A stretch of 64,000 bases of DNA, taken from NCBI GenBank assembly GCA_002104905.1, contig MCFE01000207.1:62001-126000 (forward strand), given 5' to 3'. A model generated the notes under the pieces. It saw only the letters and a program-made list of their open reading frames with translations. It did no database searches and was not told the origin of the DNA. The position numbers and the translations under genes were made by a program. How positions within the stretch are numbered: the first letter of the stretch is position 1; each line of letters begins with the position of its first letter. Shown here in pieces: positions 38,690 to 51,843 of the stretch. Source of the stretch: Basidiobolus meristosporus CBS 931.73 (Eukaryota; Fungi; Basidiobolomycota).

Positions 38690-40540
38690 GACTGCACTGT
38701 TAGGAAACCTCTATAGAGTTCAAAATACTCACCAAGAGCCTAGTCTTTTGAGTTTTTGACATTGTTGCTTTGTCTATCAGTGGAGTCCCCACTCTGTCTA
38801 CAATGGAGGATGTGGATGGAGTGGTAGACAAGTTGCTGTTCACTGCAAACTCATCTGCCTCACTGGAGTGTAGCTTGACTGACTGAGCTTCCAACTCTTA
38901 GCAAAGCAGCTTTTGTCTTGTTGGTCAATCTTACTGGTTATTATGGGATTCAGCCTATTCTGGACTGGCAACTTTGATTAGTGGGAGCTGCAGCTTTATC
39001 TTACACTTCCCTCTCTCTGGCCAGAAAATAGACTTGTTCCGTTGGATAGTGCCATATTGAGCCATGGGTGCCAAATAGTGCCATTGCATGCCAGAAAGGC
39101 ATAGCCAACCTAAACCTGGCCACTAAGTGTGAAACATGACTCTTCATCTTCATGCAAAGCAGCCCCTGTGCTTCACCCATTGCGCTGGAGAATATCCATT
39201 TTTTGACCTTTTTTTTTGTATCAATGTTGTGCAGGATGTGTAAGAGCACAACAAGATTGAAGACATACATTCAATACTCAATACCCATAGCACTCTGAAT
39301 CTAGCTCCTGTGACTTGTATCATGTCACAAAAATGCACGGCACTATCTTGGTCCGCTGTTACTATCTGGCACTATATTTAAATATTAGCCCTAAAGTAAA
39401 ACCTATATAAAGTACTTATAGTGCCAGATAGTAACAGTGGACCAAGATAGTGCCATTCATTTTTGTGACATGATACAAGCCACAGGAGCTAGATTCAAAG
39501 TGCCATGGGTATTGAGTATTGGATGCATGTCTTCAATTTTGTTGTGCTCTTACACATCCTGCACAACATTGATACAAAAAAAAAGGTCAAAAAATGGATA
39601 TTCTGCAGCACAATGGGTGAAAGACAGGGGCTGCTTTGCATGAAGATGTAGAGCTATGTTTCACACTCTGTGGCCATGTATAGGCTTACTAGGCCTCCTT
39701 GGCACACTATGGCATCATTTGGCACTCATGGCTCAATGTGGCACTATCCAACAGAACAGGTCTAATATCTTCTCACTTTCACATAACCTTTACCATTACC
39801 AAGTCTTCAGAGGTACTGTGACTGAGCGCTTCTTGTACTGAACTACATTTTCCCCTTGATAAATGCTGCACTGATGCATGTGTTTCTACCTGCTGGTCCC
39901 TTGCAGGCACTGACCTGACAACACAACACTTCTTTGCCTCTTGTTCAGAACCTTTACCTGCTTGTGAGAGGCTCCAGAGAAAGCTGTGGGCTTTTATGGC
40001 TGTTTTTTGTTTCACCAAAAGTGTAACTGAGTGCTTCTTGTAATGGACAAGCTTCTTTTTTCAGTAGTGATGAACTGATTCATCAAGTCTTGCATGCTTG
40101 TCTCTTACTGGCACTCTTCTGGCTACCTGACATTTGTATGCTACTTGCACAGAGCCTTCAGTCCTGCTTGTGACAAGCTGTTGAGGAAGCCGCTGGTTTT
40201 TAGTGGCAGCACCCTTGTTCTTCTACCTTTGATACTTTCTGCTATTCTGGAAATACTTTCTTAGCATAACATTGCTGTGCCAAAATAAGTTTGCTTACTT
40301 AAGTCTAGGATTATGCTCATGGAACTGGTCAAGCACATTCTGCTTTGCCCTGAGTTCCTGATAGACCAATGATATGCTGGCCTTGAGGTGATTCCTTGCT
40401 AGATTTCTAACAGCCTCTTGAATATTAGCCCATGCTTCAGCATTACACTCAGCACATTCCCAGGCCTTCAATGCCTTTTGACTTTTAGACTTGGGTATAA
40501 ACTGCTGCAATACTCTGATAACTATTGGAACTGATGTGGA
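38690..40540 (+). mobile_element. CACTA-like fragment F (ORF2 middle, minus strand) carrying foldback copy 4
   Basis: Aligns with 6450-7300; ORF 40295-40510 (WANIQEAVRNLARNHLKAS). Confidence 0.78.
39030..39763. mobile_element. Foldback element copy 4
   Basis: Same structure; TSD AAT/AAT. Confidence 0.92.
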
Positions 40541-40544
40541 GAAC

Positions 40545-42310
40545 TAGTGAATTTACCTGTCATTCACTTTTATACATGTTGGTCAAAAAAAAGCCACCTA
40601 CAATACCACAGCTCAGAGGTACTACTGGGAAAACACGTATTATGATATCCAACACTTTGTTGAGTCATCTGTAGCCTGCCAGAAGAGATCCTCCAAGCAT
40701 TATGAAGAGCCACTGCATCCTACTTACACAATCTGTCTATGGCAAAAGGTTGGTATTGACCTTGTCCACATGCAAACAGCTTAATCAGAAAAGTACCTGA
40801 TTATTGCTAGAGATGACATTAGTGGATGGGCAGAGGCTTGAGCCTTGCGCAACAACAAGAGCCATACCATACGGAGATTTATACTTGAAGACATCATCTG
40901 CAGATTTGGCGGCATCCAACAGTCTGTTGCTGACAGAGGAGAGATGACATCCCAAATGATCTAGGAGTTGTCCTCAAAGTACAAGATACACATTGCTTTT
41001 ACAACAGCGTACCACCCTCAAGCCAATGGAATGATAGAGAGGAGACATGGACCATTGGTGAACTCTCTTGTCAAGACCAGTGAGAATAACACAACACTGT
41101 GGCCACAGCAATTACATCTTGCACTCTGGGCAGATAGAAATACTACCAAGAAAACAACTGGATTATTGACATTCAAGCTACCCTATGGACATGACTGCAT
41201 ACTACCAGTTGAGTTAAACACAGTCACTTGGAACTCATTGAATTGGAGATCCAATATGCAGACTGAAGACCTCCTTGCAACTCGCATATGGCAACTTGAT
41301 CACCATGATTTGAATATCAGCAGAGCTGCTGAACAACTTAAGGATACACAACTGAAGAGCAAGGAGCCCTTTGACAAATAACACCCAACAAGTCCAAAAC
41401 TACTATCACTAGGAGACCCAGTATTACTCTATGATTCCACCTTGGACAAACAATGGAGTTGGAAGTTTGACAACAAATGGACTGGCCCCTACCTCATTTC
41501 CAAAGTGATTGGAAATGGAAGTTATTACATATCCAAGCTTGACAACACCCAGTTGAGAGCACCAGTTGCAGGAAACCAGCTTAAGTTATTCAAGCATAGG
41601 AATTTCACACATCAAGATTAATTTGCTTTGACCTAAGCACAAAGCTGCAACAGGGGTGGATGTAGTGGGGTGACAGTGACACCCACTGACAGATGTGGTC
41701 ATTCCCATATTTTCTACTTCCCTATATCTCTACTACACTTATTCTAGTTTTATCCCATTTGTTGTACCTGATGAGTACTATCCCATAAGCTGGTTGACTA
41801 TCCCACCTGCTTACCTTATTACATAAGTTACCCCTCACTTTATGCAAGATTACTAGCTATAAGTGCTTCTATATTAGGCAAGAACCTGCACCAGTGCCCG
41901 TGACACATGATCAACCCGTGTCACCATCCCTACCATTTCTGTACCATATATGTTATCCCTATATTATACAGGCTTCAGAATACCAATTCCTGATTGGTTG
42001 GATGTGCTGCACCTCTTAGAACCTTCCGGCACCTACTTGGAAGATTCTTAGGTCATTCTGATGTCATAAAGATTGCTATTGATATCTGGAACCTTCTGGA
42101 ACACCATGATTAGTAATCAATTAGCCAGTAAGAAAAGTATTTAAGGGAGGCTATCCCTCAGCAATAAATCATCATCCCTTTTATCAATATACCAACTTGT
42201 TGATTAGTGTGATCACTGCTACCTGCTGCTACCTGAGCTTCCAACCCCAGACCACAGGACACTCCCAGAAAACCGTGCTGACAGCCAACTGACCTTGGAG
42301 GCACCACTTG
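40545..42310 (+). mobile_element. Gypsy 3' fragment: integrase, PPT and an LTR-A-related 3' LTR (from 41661)
   Basis: HVGQK..CQKR, GIDLVH, ARDDISGW, ADRG, AYHPQANGMIERRH, WTGPY motifs. AGGGGTGGA|TGTAGTGGGG; 41870-42030 aligns with LTR-A 2480-2640. LTR end approximate. Confidence 0.85.
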
Positions 42311-42779
42311 TGAGGAATACTCAGAGTAGGTTTCTATTATTATATTTGATTCTTTCCCAAGTTTGTTCTTGTACAGGCAAAGATACTCTTCTGTCTTTGT
42401 AACTATTGACCACAGCTGCATTCTCATCAAGTCCCTGCTGGTGTAGTATACAGTTGTTTTGACTTTGGAAGCTTTAGTACATTGTCATCTCAAAGGAGGC
42501 TGAACCCAGCACATACTTTTGTTAAGACACCAACTAAGTTGGGGATTGTAGCTCAATAGCTTTCCCTTGACAAGCTTGTGGCTTTATTCCCCATCACATT
42601 AGATTAGAGACAGAACCCAAGTATTCCCAACAAGCTTTTGTCAGAGATTATTGCACCCAGCAAACACCCCACACTCAAAAACTTGAGAAGTGTTGGATGT
42701 ATTTCTCCCTTGGACTTATACACCACCACAATGTTGGCACTGGTGATTGGCTTCTGGGAAAATATTCCTCAAATGGCAA

Positions 42780-44018
42780 TATTTGACTTCTAATGCTTCC
42801 AATGTACTCTTGGTTGATATGGCCTCAGAAGTCTACTTTTATACATTCATATCTAGCTCATCCAGTTCTTATACTTGCATTGTTGTATATGCATTTAATA
42901 CTGATTAATGCCTATGAGAAGTACTTTGGGTTGGACTGCATGAGCTTCTTTAGACAGTGTATTAATGGAGTATATCTGTAGTGTGAAAGATGCTTTCCTC
43001 CTATGGTTGTGGATTCCCGACAAGTTGGACACCTTGCAATGGTGGCATTTTCTGATGTGAATTCTATGCAATTGTTAACACATGCTGGTAATAGGTTAAT
43101 CTCCGGGTCATATGTTGTCAACCATCTGATGGCTGTTCTACCATGTATAAAATAATTCTTATCTCTTAATGACTATGATAAGAAGTAGGAGTAAATCCTC
43201 AAAGCCCCCATTACTGCTATTAGTGGAAACACTCCGCTTCTGTAACCAGAACATCACATCATTCACAAGTAGATGAGTTATACGGCTCATTTGGCTCCAT
43301 AAAGTATCCATGACATTTTTCTCTGTGGGTGTTGTGTCATTGCAAATTGGGATTTTGCCAGGCTCATGCAAGGTACTATTTTCAGGAGAGAAAGACTTAC
43401 AACCCACCATTGAGCCTTCTTCCTCAGAGCTATCACTCTGCATGCCATATTCAGAAGGCTGAGATGAGCCTAAAGATGTCATAAACTCACCTGACTCAGT
43501 TTGGGTAAGGTGACAAGCATGACTAGGAGCTGTAATAGAAGTATCAAGTGGCGGACCAGATATTGTTGGTATGGTGATCCCTGAGGAAGGGTCAAATATC
43601 ACTTGTGTGGCAAAACACTAGCCATCATCCTTGCATTACTTACTATGCTGTCTGAATGCTTCATGGCTGAGAGGCTTGTTACAATAGCTACATGCCTTTT
43701 TTCTCTTCTGTCACCACATTAAATCAAGGTAGTTATATCAATGGGGCAAACATATTGACACTCAACAGTGTAATGCCATTATACCACTTTTTTGTGAATT
43801 TGCAGGTAAATAAGACAGTCTTGTATTTGAGACATTGCACCAGCATGGATGTAAGATTCAACAATGACCCCCATGGTAGGCATTGTAAGTAAAGTGGTGG
43901 CACCACATACACACCTATATATAGCACTATTACCCCTTTTGTGTGGCTTACTTCCATATATGTCACCAAAAAACAAAGCAAAGTCATCTGTTACCAACTC
44001 AGCCCCACTGTAGACAGC
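42780..44018 (-). mobile_element. CACTA-like fragment G (transposase N-terminal half on minus strand, intergenic region)
   Basis: ORFs 43159-43602 and 42912-43121 match the transposase N-terminus (PACVNNC..CPTCRES). Confidence 0.82.
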
Positions 44019-44194
44019 TGTAATGGATAGAACAAGTCAGGGGAGTAGAGCTAGGCAAGGTAGGACAAGGAAAGGACTTAAGTGTGGAGCAACAAGGCAA
44101 GGCTGATTATTCAAGACCATTATTTATCAGACTAAGGAATAAATAAGGGGGGGTAGAACTAGTGAATGATGAATGCTCAAATATGACTTGCATG

Positions 44195-47100
44195 GCAAGA
44201 TACTGGCTGTGATCTTTGTGAAACTTCCTATGCTGTCTGTATGCTTCATAGCCAAGAAGCTTGCTACAATAGCCACATAGTCATTTTTCTCTTCTCTTAC
44301 AGCATTGAGTCAAAGAGGTCTTGTCAATGGGGCAAACATTTTGACCTTCATCAATGTATTGCTATTATATTCCTTTTTGGTCAATAGTTGAGACATTGCA
44401 CTTACATGAATGCAAGACGCAATGATGACCTGCCTAAGTAAGCATTATAAGTAAAGTTATGGCACCACATACACATGTATATATCACACTATTTCCCCTT
44501 TGGCTTGACTCACTTCCATATTTATGCTACCAAAAAATGAAGTAAAGTTGTCTGGATCCCAACTAAGCCCTACCGCTGACAGCAGCAGAAGAATGGTTGG
44601 AAAACAGCTTGCTTAGACATTCAGGGCAGTAGGCAGGGCTACATCCAAAAAAGGCTGTGTTGACAGTGTGTTCACTCAAGGTAACAATGTAAGCTCCTCA
44701 GGCTCTCAGTCAGGTACTTGTTTGAGAACCTCTGTGGAGCTTCAAGCTGACCATTATACTCAGGCACAGGAGTGTGTAGCAAATGCAGTACCTTCAGTTA
44801 TAGACCAACAAGTGGCCATCATAACATCATCACCACCCATGTTATGTATGTAGAGCAATCAATATTCCAGGTTGAGTAAATAGTATCTTTACTGCACAGA
44901 AGGAACTCAAGTAGCTCAATGTCACAGCCAAGAATTGGTCCATTTCCCAATGTAACAACAGAGGCACACCATACAGTCCTTGAAGCACAACAACAGTGCC
45001 CAAAGATAAAGCCCACAGCAAAACCAATCACAGCATGGGAGGGAGACAATGTGGTGTTTATACCAAAGCCTAAAAGTCAAAAGACATAGAAGATCTGTGA
45101 AGCCAATGAGTGCAATAATGAAGAGTGGGCCAATATCCAAGAGGCCATCAGAAGTCCAGCACAACATCACCTTACAGCCAGCATGCCCTGGGACCATCAG
45201 AAACTCATGGACAAGCAGAATACACTTGACTTGCTCTATGTGCATTATCCTGGGCTCATACAGGCAAACAGATCTTGGCCCAGCATTGGTATGCCAAGAA
45301 AGTATCTTAAAAATAGCAGAAACTATCAGAGGCAAAAGAATAAGGGTGCCATGGCTGAAAACCAGCAGCTTCCTCAAGAGCCGATTAGAGGCAGGGCCCA
45401 AAGCTCTAAACAAGTGTCAAAGCAACATCAGGTAGTGGGAAGAGTGCCAATAAGGGACAAGTAGGCAGACATGAATGCACCAGCGCAACATTTATCAAGA
45501 AAAAAGCACAGTACCACTCAAGAAGCACTCAGTCAAAGTAGCAGTGAAGGACCCGGCAGTGGTAAAGATAAGCGGCTTTCTCAGGAGCCTGCTTTCTCTG
45601 CTGGGGATATTGATTGCTCTATATATTAGACTTGCTCTGTTGGATAGTGCCACATTGAGCCATGAGTGCCAAATGATGCTGTCGTGTGCCAGAGAGGTAA
45701 AGTGAGCCTACACTTGGCCAGTGAGTGTGAAACATAGCTCTGCATCTTCATGTAAAGAAGCCCCTGTGTTTCACCCATTGCGCAGGAGAAAATCCATTTT
45801 TTGACCTTTTTTTGTGGATCAATGTAGCTCAGGATGTGTAAGAGCACAGGAGAACTGAAGATATGCATCTGGTACTCAATACTCATGGCACTCTGAATCT
45901 AGCTCCTGTAGCTTGTATCATATCACAAAAATGAATGGCACTATCTTGGTCCACTGCTACTATCTGGCACTATATTTAAATATTAGCCCTAAAGTAAGAT
46001 CTATACAAAGCACTTATAGTGCCTGATAGTACCAGTGGACCAAGATAGTGCCATTCATTTTTGTGACATGATACAAGCTACAGGGGCTAGATTCAGAGTG
46101 CCATAGGTATTGAGTACCAGATGCATATCTTCAATCTGCTTGTGCTCTATCACATCCTGCATAACATTGATCCAAAAAAAAAGGTCAAAAAATGGATTTT
46201 CTCTAGCACAATGGGTGAAACACAGGGGCTGCTTTCCATGAAGATGCAGAGCTATGTTTCACACTCTGTGGCCAGGTAGAGGCTCACTTGGCCTCTCTGG
46301 TACACTATGGCATCATTTTGCACTCATGGCTCAATGTGGCACTATCCAATGGAACAAGTCTATTATCTGCCCATCCTGTTTCTGGACTATTTCCTAATTT
46401 TCTGGGCCATTGCATCTATTCTATCAGCCACTGCACCTAATTGCTTCATCAATGCTTTGGTATGAGCTGACAACATACTTGCTATTTTGGGTGGTGGTGA
46501 TGTTATGACTGCCACCTTCTGGTCTTCAACTGAAGGTACTGCATTTGCTACACTGTCATCTGCCTGAGCATAACGGTTGGTTTGAGGCTCTGCAGAGGTT
46601 CTCAATTGCCTACTTGACTAAGAGCTTGCCAAGCCCTCATTATTACCTTCAGTGGGCACACTATCCAAAGAGCCTTTTTTGGTTGTAGCCCCACTTGTGG
46701 TACAGAATGTCAAAGCAAGCTGCTGTCCAACTATTCTTCTACTGCTGTTAGTGGTAGGGTTTGCAAACATATGCAATAGATTCAATGGCAATCATCACAA
46801 ACAACTAAGAAATAAGGGCTACCTTGAAGGTATGTATGTCTATGCCTTTGCCTTGGCACATGATGGACTCTCATTAGCAAGTACTCTACTAGCAAATCTT
46901 GCTGGCCACTAATTCCTGTCAACCTGAATATGCTGCCTATCTTGTGGTATCAGAGCAGAAATCTGTTGGCAGTCTTACTGGTGTCTGGGTCTAAATCACT
47001 GTTCAACCTAGATAGCTACCAGTATTCATTGCTGGATGAATCTTGTATGATTTCCAGCAGGATAACAGTTGTCATGTCAAAATGCATATTATTGTCTGCA

Positions 47101-48570
47101 TTGGAGATACCCCAGCCATCAGCAAGATGGCCAGCTTCTCTGGGCACAATAGATGGTATTGTTGTCAATTGTGTGAGATCCAGCGGATTTACTCCATAAC
47201 TCACACACATTATTATTACCCAAACACCAACACTATGAACATCATCTTCCTGAATAGAGAATGCATAGAAGTAAGCATGTAATTGCAGTAAAGTTGGCAA
47301 GCTGTAAGCCATTGTTTGCAATATAGAATTTACTGGAAGCATGATATATGCAATATATAGGGTATCTGTGGGAGCAAAAGCTTTCCACTGGGAGCAACTC
47401 ATTAGCTTTTCAACTATATTCCTACACTGATGACCAAGTTGTACATGTAGCATTTCAAGCTGAATGTACCCTTCAAGATACTGGAATATTTGAAAGAATT
47501 GGCAAACTATCACAGAGTATCTGCTGCCCTAAGTACTTCTCACTGGCTCCAATCAGCACTCATATGAGTATACAATAATACAAGTGCAAGGACTGGATGA
47601 ACTGGATATGTGTTTATTTGAATGGTCTTCTGAAGCCATTCCTACTACAGTGCATTGGGAGCATTAGGAGCTATATGTTCACATTTTAGGAATATTTATC
47701 CAGAAGCTGATCTTCAATGCCAACTTGACCCATCTACAGCTTGTATGTAAGGAGTTTGTGACAAGATTTGAGCAGTTACACTACATGCATAAAGCTGAAT
47801 GTGCAAATCTCTGCCACTACTGTAATCATTATCCACTCCATATTGCTTGGTGTGTAGAGAATATTGAGCCTTACTTCACCATTAGGCAGTTTTCTATGGA
47901 GTGGATATGTGGGGAGATAGGAAGACAGGTCAAGTTGCAGGGAGTGCCATATCCCAGTCTCACCAGCAATATTGCCATCAAGTCTGTTATTCATGTGATG
48001 AGTTGGCACATGGAGGACAGCCAGGGAGAGTTGGAAAATACTGAGCACAAATGTGCACTTGGAGATACCTATGTTTTTGGCCTTAAGAAGCTAAGCAGCC
48101 CAAAGCAAGGGTAATTAGTTAAGAAATGCAAAGTTGGGCTGGGTGCTACAAGTAGCTTGTTGCTATTAGGACACCTTTACCAAAGTATGCTGGGTTTCTG
48201 TTGGTCACAAGCCAGCTCCTGCACCATTTATTACAGAAATTACATAAACAAAAGCCCAAATGCACCTATAAGAGGCACCAGATTGCAGTAGGGAGAGGGA
48301 ATGTTTTGGTTAAATACCAAGAAGTTTGTTGCAGAAACTCAAGATGCATTCATGGTTAATGTAGGGGCAACCAGGCATATTTTTGCAATATATATATATA
48401 TGTTACCAGTAACACAAAGTACATGGCAACATTGCAAGTATCACTCTAAAGGCCATAAAGTTGAGGTTACAGAAGTGTGTCAATTGGAGCAGGTGTGTGT
48501 ATGTAGAGGTTGGTAAGCAGGAGGCCATAGTTTTTTGCTCCAAACTTTATGTGGAATACTGAAGGTAGTA
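44195..48570. mobile_element. Rearranged CACTA-like element H: ORF2 (+), inversion junction, ORF2 (-), deletion into transposase (+)
   Basis: 44600-44860 is the revcomp of ~46480-46760. The transposase resumes at ~46770 (FNGNHHKQL..IGDTPAISKMA..QFSMEWICGEIG). Confidence 0.82.
45628..46361. mobile_element. Foldback element copy 5
   Basis: Arms 45628-45974 and 46015-46361, spacer 45975-46014, TSD ATT/ATT. Confidence 0.93.
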
Positions 48571-48579
48571 GTGTAACAT

Positions 48580-50222
48580 ACCTTAAAGCACTTCATTCAC
48601 CTCTGCAAAATTTGTGGGATAGAGTAAGAGACTACTGTGCCAAGCTCCTCACAGCAAAATGGTGTAGCAGAATGTGCAAATAGATGAGTAATTAATATGG
48701 TAAGATCTATGATGTGTGATCAAAAATACTCAAATGATTGTTGGGCAGAATCTGTTGTACAGCAGCATATCTTTAGAGTTGGAGTTGAGGCAGAATACTT
48801 TGTGATTCTACTTTGCTTGTTGCATGAAGTGGATACTCCCTAATTGCAGAGTACCTTAGAATAACTGGTTCCATAACATGTGCCAGAAACTGCCTGGAAA
48901 TCAATTAAATATTAGACAAAAGGTGTATGATACCTATTTTGGGTTATTGGAATGAGAGTACAACATAAATACTATATGTGGATAATCTTATTATAGCTGC
49001 TAATAACCAATAAACCTTGGTAGAGATTAAATCCAGCTTATCCAAGGAGTTCAAGATGTCCAACATAGGAGAATTCAGTTACTACTTAAGAATAAAGCAC
49101 TCCACTGACAGAAGAATTCAGACTCTCAACCTAAGCCAGTCTAAGTATACTCAAGATATATATTCAAGAAGTACCAAGTTTAATACTGGAAACTGGCATC
49201 TAACTCAATGGAAGTAAACCTTAACTTGGTCAAAACCCAACCATATCAAGAGATGATGGTGCCAGCTGAAAGCCCAGCATTTCCTTACCAACCTATGGTT
49301 GGCAGTCAGATTTATATCATGCCTGAAACATACCCAGGTATCTAATATTTAGTGGGAGTTGTTAGCCAGCATAATCAGAACTATAGATTTAGTCACATTG
49401 TAGCAGTTAAGCAGATTTTTAGATACCTAGAAGGACCTGCTGCTATCTGTTTAGGGTACTCCCTTAAGGATTCAGAGCTGGATCTTGTGAGGTATTCTGA
49501 TGCTGATTGGAACACACTTACAAGGTAGAAGATGAATCCCAGGATACACCTTTCTTTTCCTCAAAGAAGTGATTTCATGCAATTCAAGAAAGCATCCAAT
49601 TGTAGCACTTCCATCACAGCGGCAAGGTTTATGGCAGCCTGTGAAGCTACAAGTGAAACATTGAGTCTAAGAAAGCTCTCTAACAACTTAGGCTGATGTC
49701 AAAAAGTGTCTATCACCTATTTACATAATAATACAGGATGTATATAATATGTAGAAGTCCAACTTTTCATGCTAGAACTAATTACATAGTGTTAACATCT
49801 TTTCATACATGAAGCCACAGTGAGTCACTGAGTTAACTGGATTTACTGTCCCACAGAAGCAAAGACTGCGGATATATTTACAAATCTATTAGCCCAAGAC
49901 AAATTTGAGTATTTTTATTGTAATTAGGACTGGTCTGTAGGGGCATTTAGTGTCATGGGAGTGTTACAACAATTGAATTTACTTAGAATATTATTACCAA
50001 AATAGCAGGTACCCAGAACATGAAAACTCTCAAGGTTGCCCAAACAGCACCAAGCTTTGTTCACATGCTTTTGGGATCTTGCTAAGCATATTCTTAGAGT
50101 TTACAATGCAAGACTGTGTAAAAGTATAAATACTACTGTTACAGACAAGAAATCATTAAGTGAAAACACATACTCTACTTGCTCTCCCAATCACTTCCAA
50201 TATCTTCTAGACTCTTATAAAA
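48580..50222 (+). mobile_element. Copia 3' half (integrase remnant, RT, RNase H, PPT, 3' LTR 49962-~50222), heavily degenerate
   Basis: QNGVAE, LYVDNLII, YSDADW motifs; ATGGGAG|TGTTACAAC; the LTR is the revcomp of 54632-54963. Confidence 0.85.
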
Positions 50223-51843
50223 GCTTCAAGCCTTCTGATCATGCACCACTGGGATTGCTGTGCATCAACATTTAACAATTTGACTAATTTTACTACACTA
50301 TAAAGTCTAGTGCCCTAACTGATTTCCCCTAACCCAAACATAACTAATCCTGGTTATGGTTTATTTTATTGCACCTCTGAATATACTTTTGGCTGTCACA
50401 CTATTTACACTTCTACATGGTCTTAGCATAACAAACATGTAGAATAGGCTTAGAAAGATCCCACAAACATGTGTACAAAGCTTGGGGCTGTTAGGGCAAC
50501 TTTGGGAGTTCTCACATTGTGGGTACTTGATGTACTTGGTGATAGTTTTTCAAGTGGATCCTAAGAAGGAAACAAGTCAGAGTTCTCTAAGATTTGTAGG
50601 TATTAATATAAGCGACTAAGCTGGGTGAATATATTGGTGAAAATAAAAACCTTTACAACACCCCCACTCAACTCAATGCTCATACTGACTAGTCAAATTT
50701 AGACTTAAGATATTCAAATTTGTCTCTAGTTAGTGGTTTGATATATATATATATGCAATCATTTCATCTGTAGGCAAGTAAACTAAGTTAACTTGGTTAC
50801 ACTTGGTAGCTTCACATATGAAGTTATGTCTAATATCTATATGCCTAGTTCTAGCATGAGAAGTTGGACTTTGATCTAATTGTTTACATCCTTAATTAGT
50901 TTGCAATAGAGTCATAGGCATTTTTGATATAATCCTGAGTCTTGAAGATGCTTCCTGAACCACATTGCTTCTTTAGTAGCTTTACAGGCTGCCATGTACT
51001 CAGCCTCTATGGTGGAAAGTGCTACAGGGGGCTGCTTTCTTGAATTGCATAAAGTTGCGCTAGCTGGCTTATAGTAGATACTACAGACAGCAGTACTTAT
51101 TTGAAAACTCAAAGATTTCAAGCAGGAATCTCTCACTTAAATCCAGACTCTTGGTGATGGTATGAGACCAAATAGAGGCTTTTCAAGCTTGCAAGCCAAA
51201 TGGGGATTGTTTTGGTAAACAGACCCATCAGGCTGCTACAGGTCCATGTCCTCATTAATATCCCTGTTCAAAGATGCAGTTATACATCCATTTGATGTAT
51301 AGTAACTTATATTTGTCTGCAAAAGCCAATAATATTCTGATGGAATTAAGCTTGGCAACTGGTGTAAAGGTTGCAGTATAGACAAGTTCTTTTGTTTGAG
51401 AGTATACTTTGGCCACAGGTCTGGCTTTGTATCTTATATTTACACCATAAGCCTTGTAATTTGTCTTGAAGACACATCTGCATGCAAATGATTTCAAGTT
51501 GACCAGCAATTTGACCAAGTTCCATGTCTGATTTCCATCAGTGCCTGATACTCCTCAGTCATTGTAGATCTCTGAGCTTTGCCTGAGGGCTATTTAGTTA
51601 CAGTTTTACAGCCTGGGGCTCATTAATATGGAATGATTAGGTATAGGCTAACTTTGTACCCACATATATATATTAATATGAGCAATTTCTGATCTGGTTC
51701 AATCTTTTGGTTTGTAACTACAGAATGATTACATCTGAGATATTCTGGGGCACTAATTCAGGATGAGCCATGGTTGTAGAGTCCTTGGAAGTGAGAAAAT
51801 GGCACTGTTTTGCTCTGATTCAATCCTGACTATTGGTGGAATT

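Noticed and set aside
22599-46361. CRISPR-like or tRNA/ncRNA interpretation of the repeated palindromes
   Set aside because: The repeats are dispersed 734 bp units with TSDs, with no repeat-spacer periodicity or cloverleaf, in a eukaryotic context.
4736-48516. Dozens of 60-160 aa ORFs antisense to CACTA ORF2, transposase and Gypsy pol
   Set aside because: They recur only because the underlying TE recurs; starts and stops are inconsistent between copies.
50300-50370. Telomere-like CCCTAAC/CCTAACCC words
   Set aside because: Only one or two imperfect units with no tandem array.
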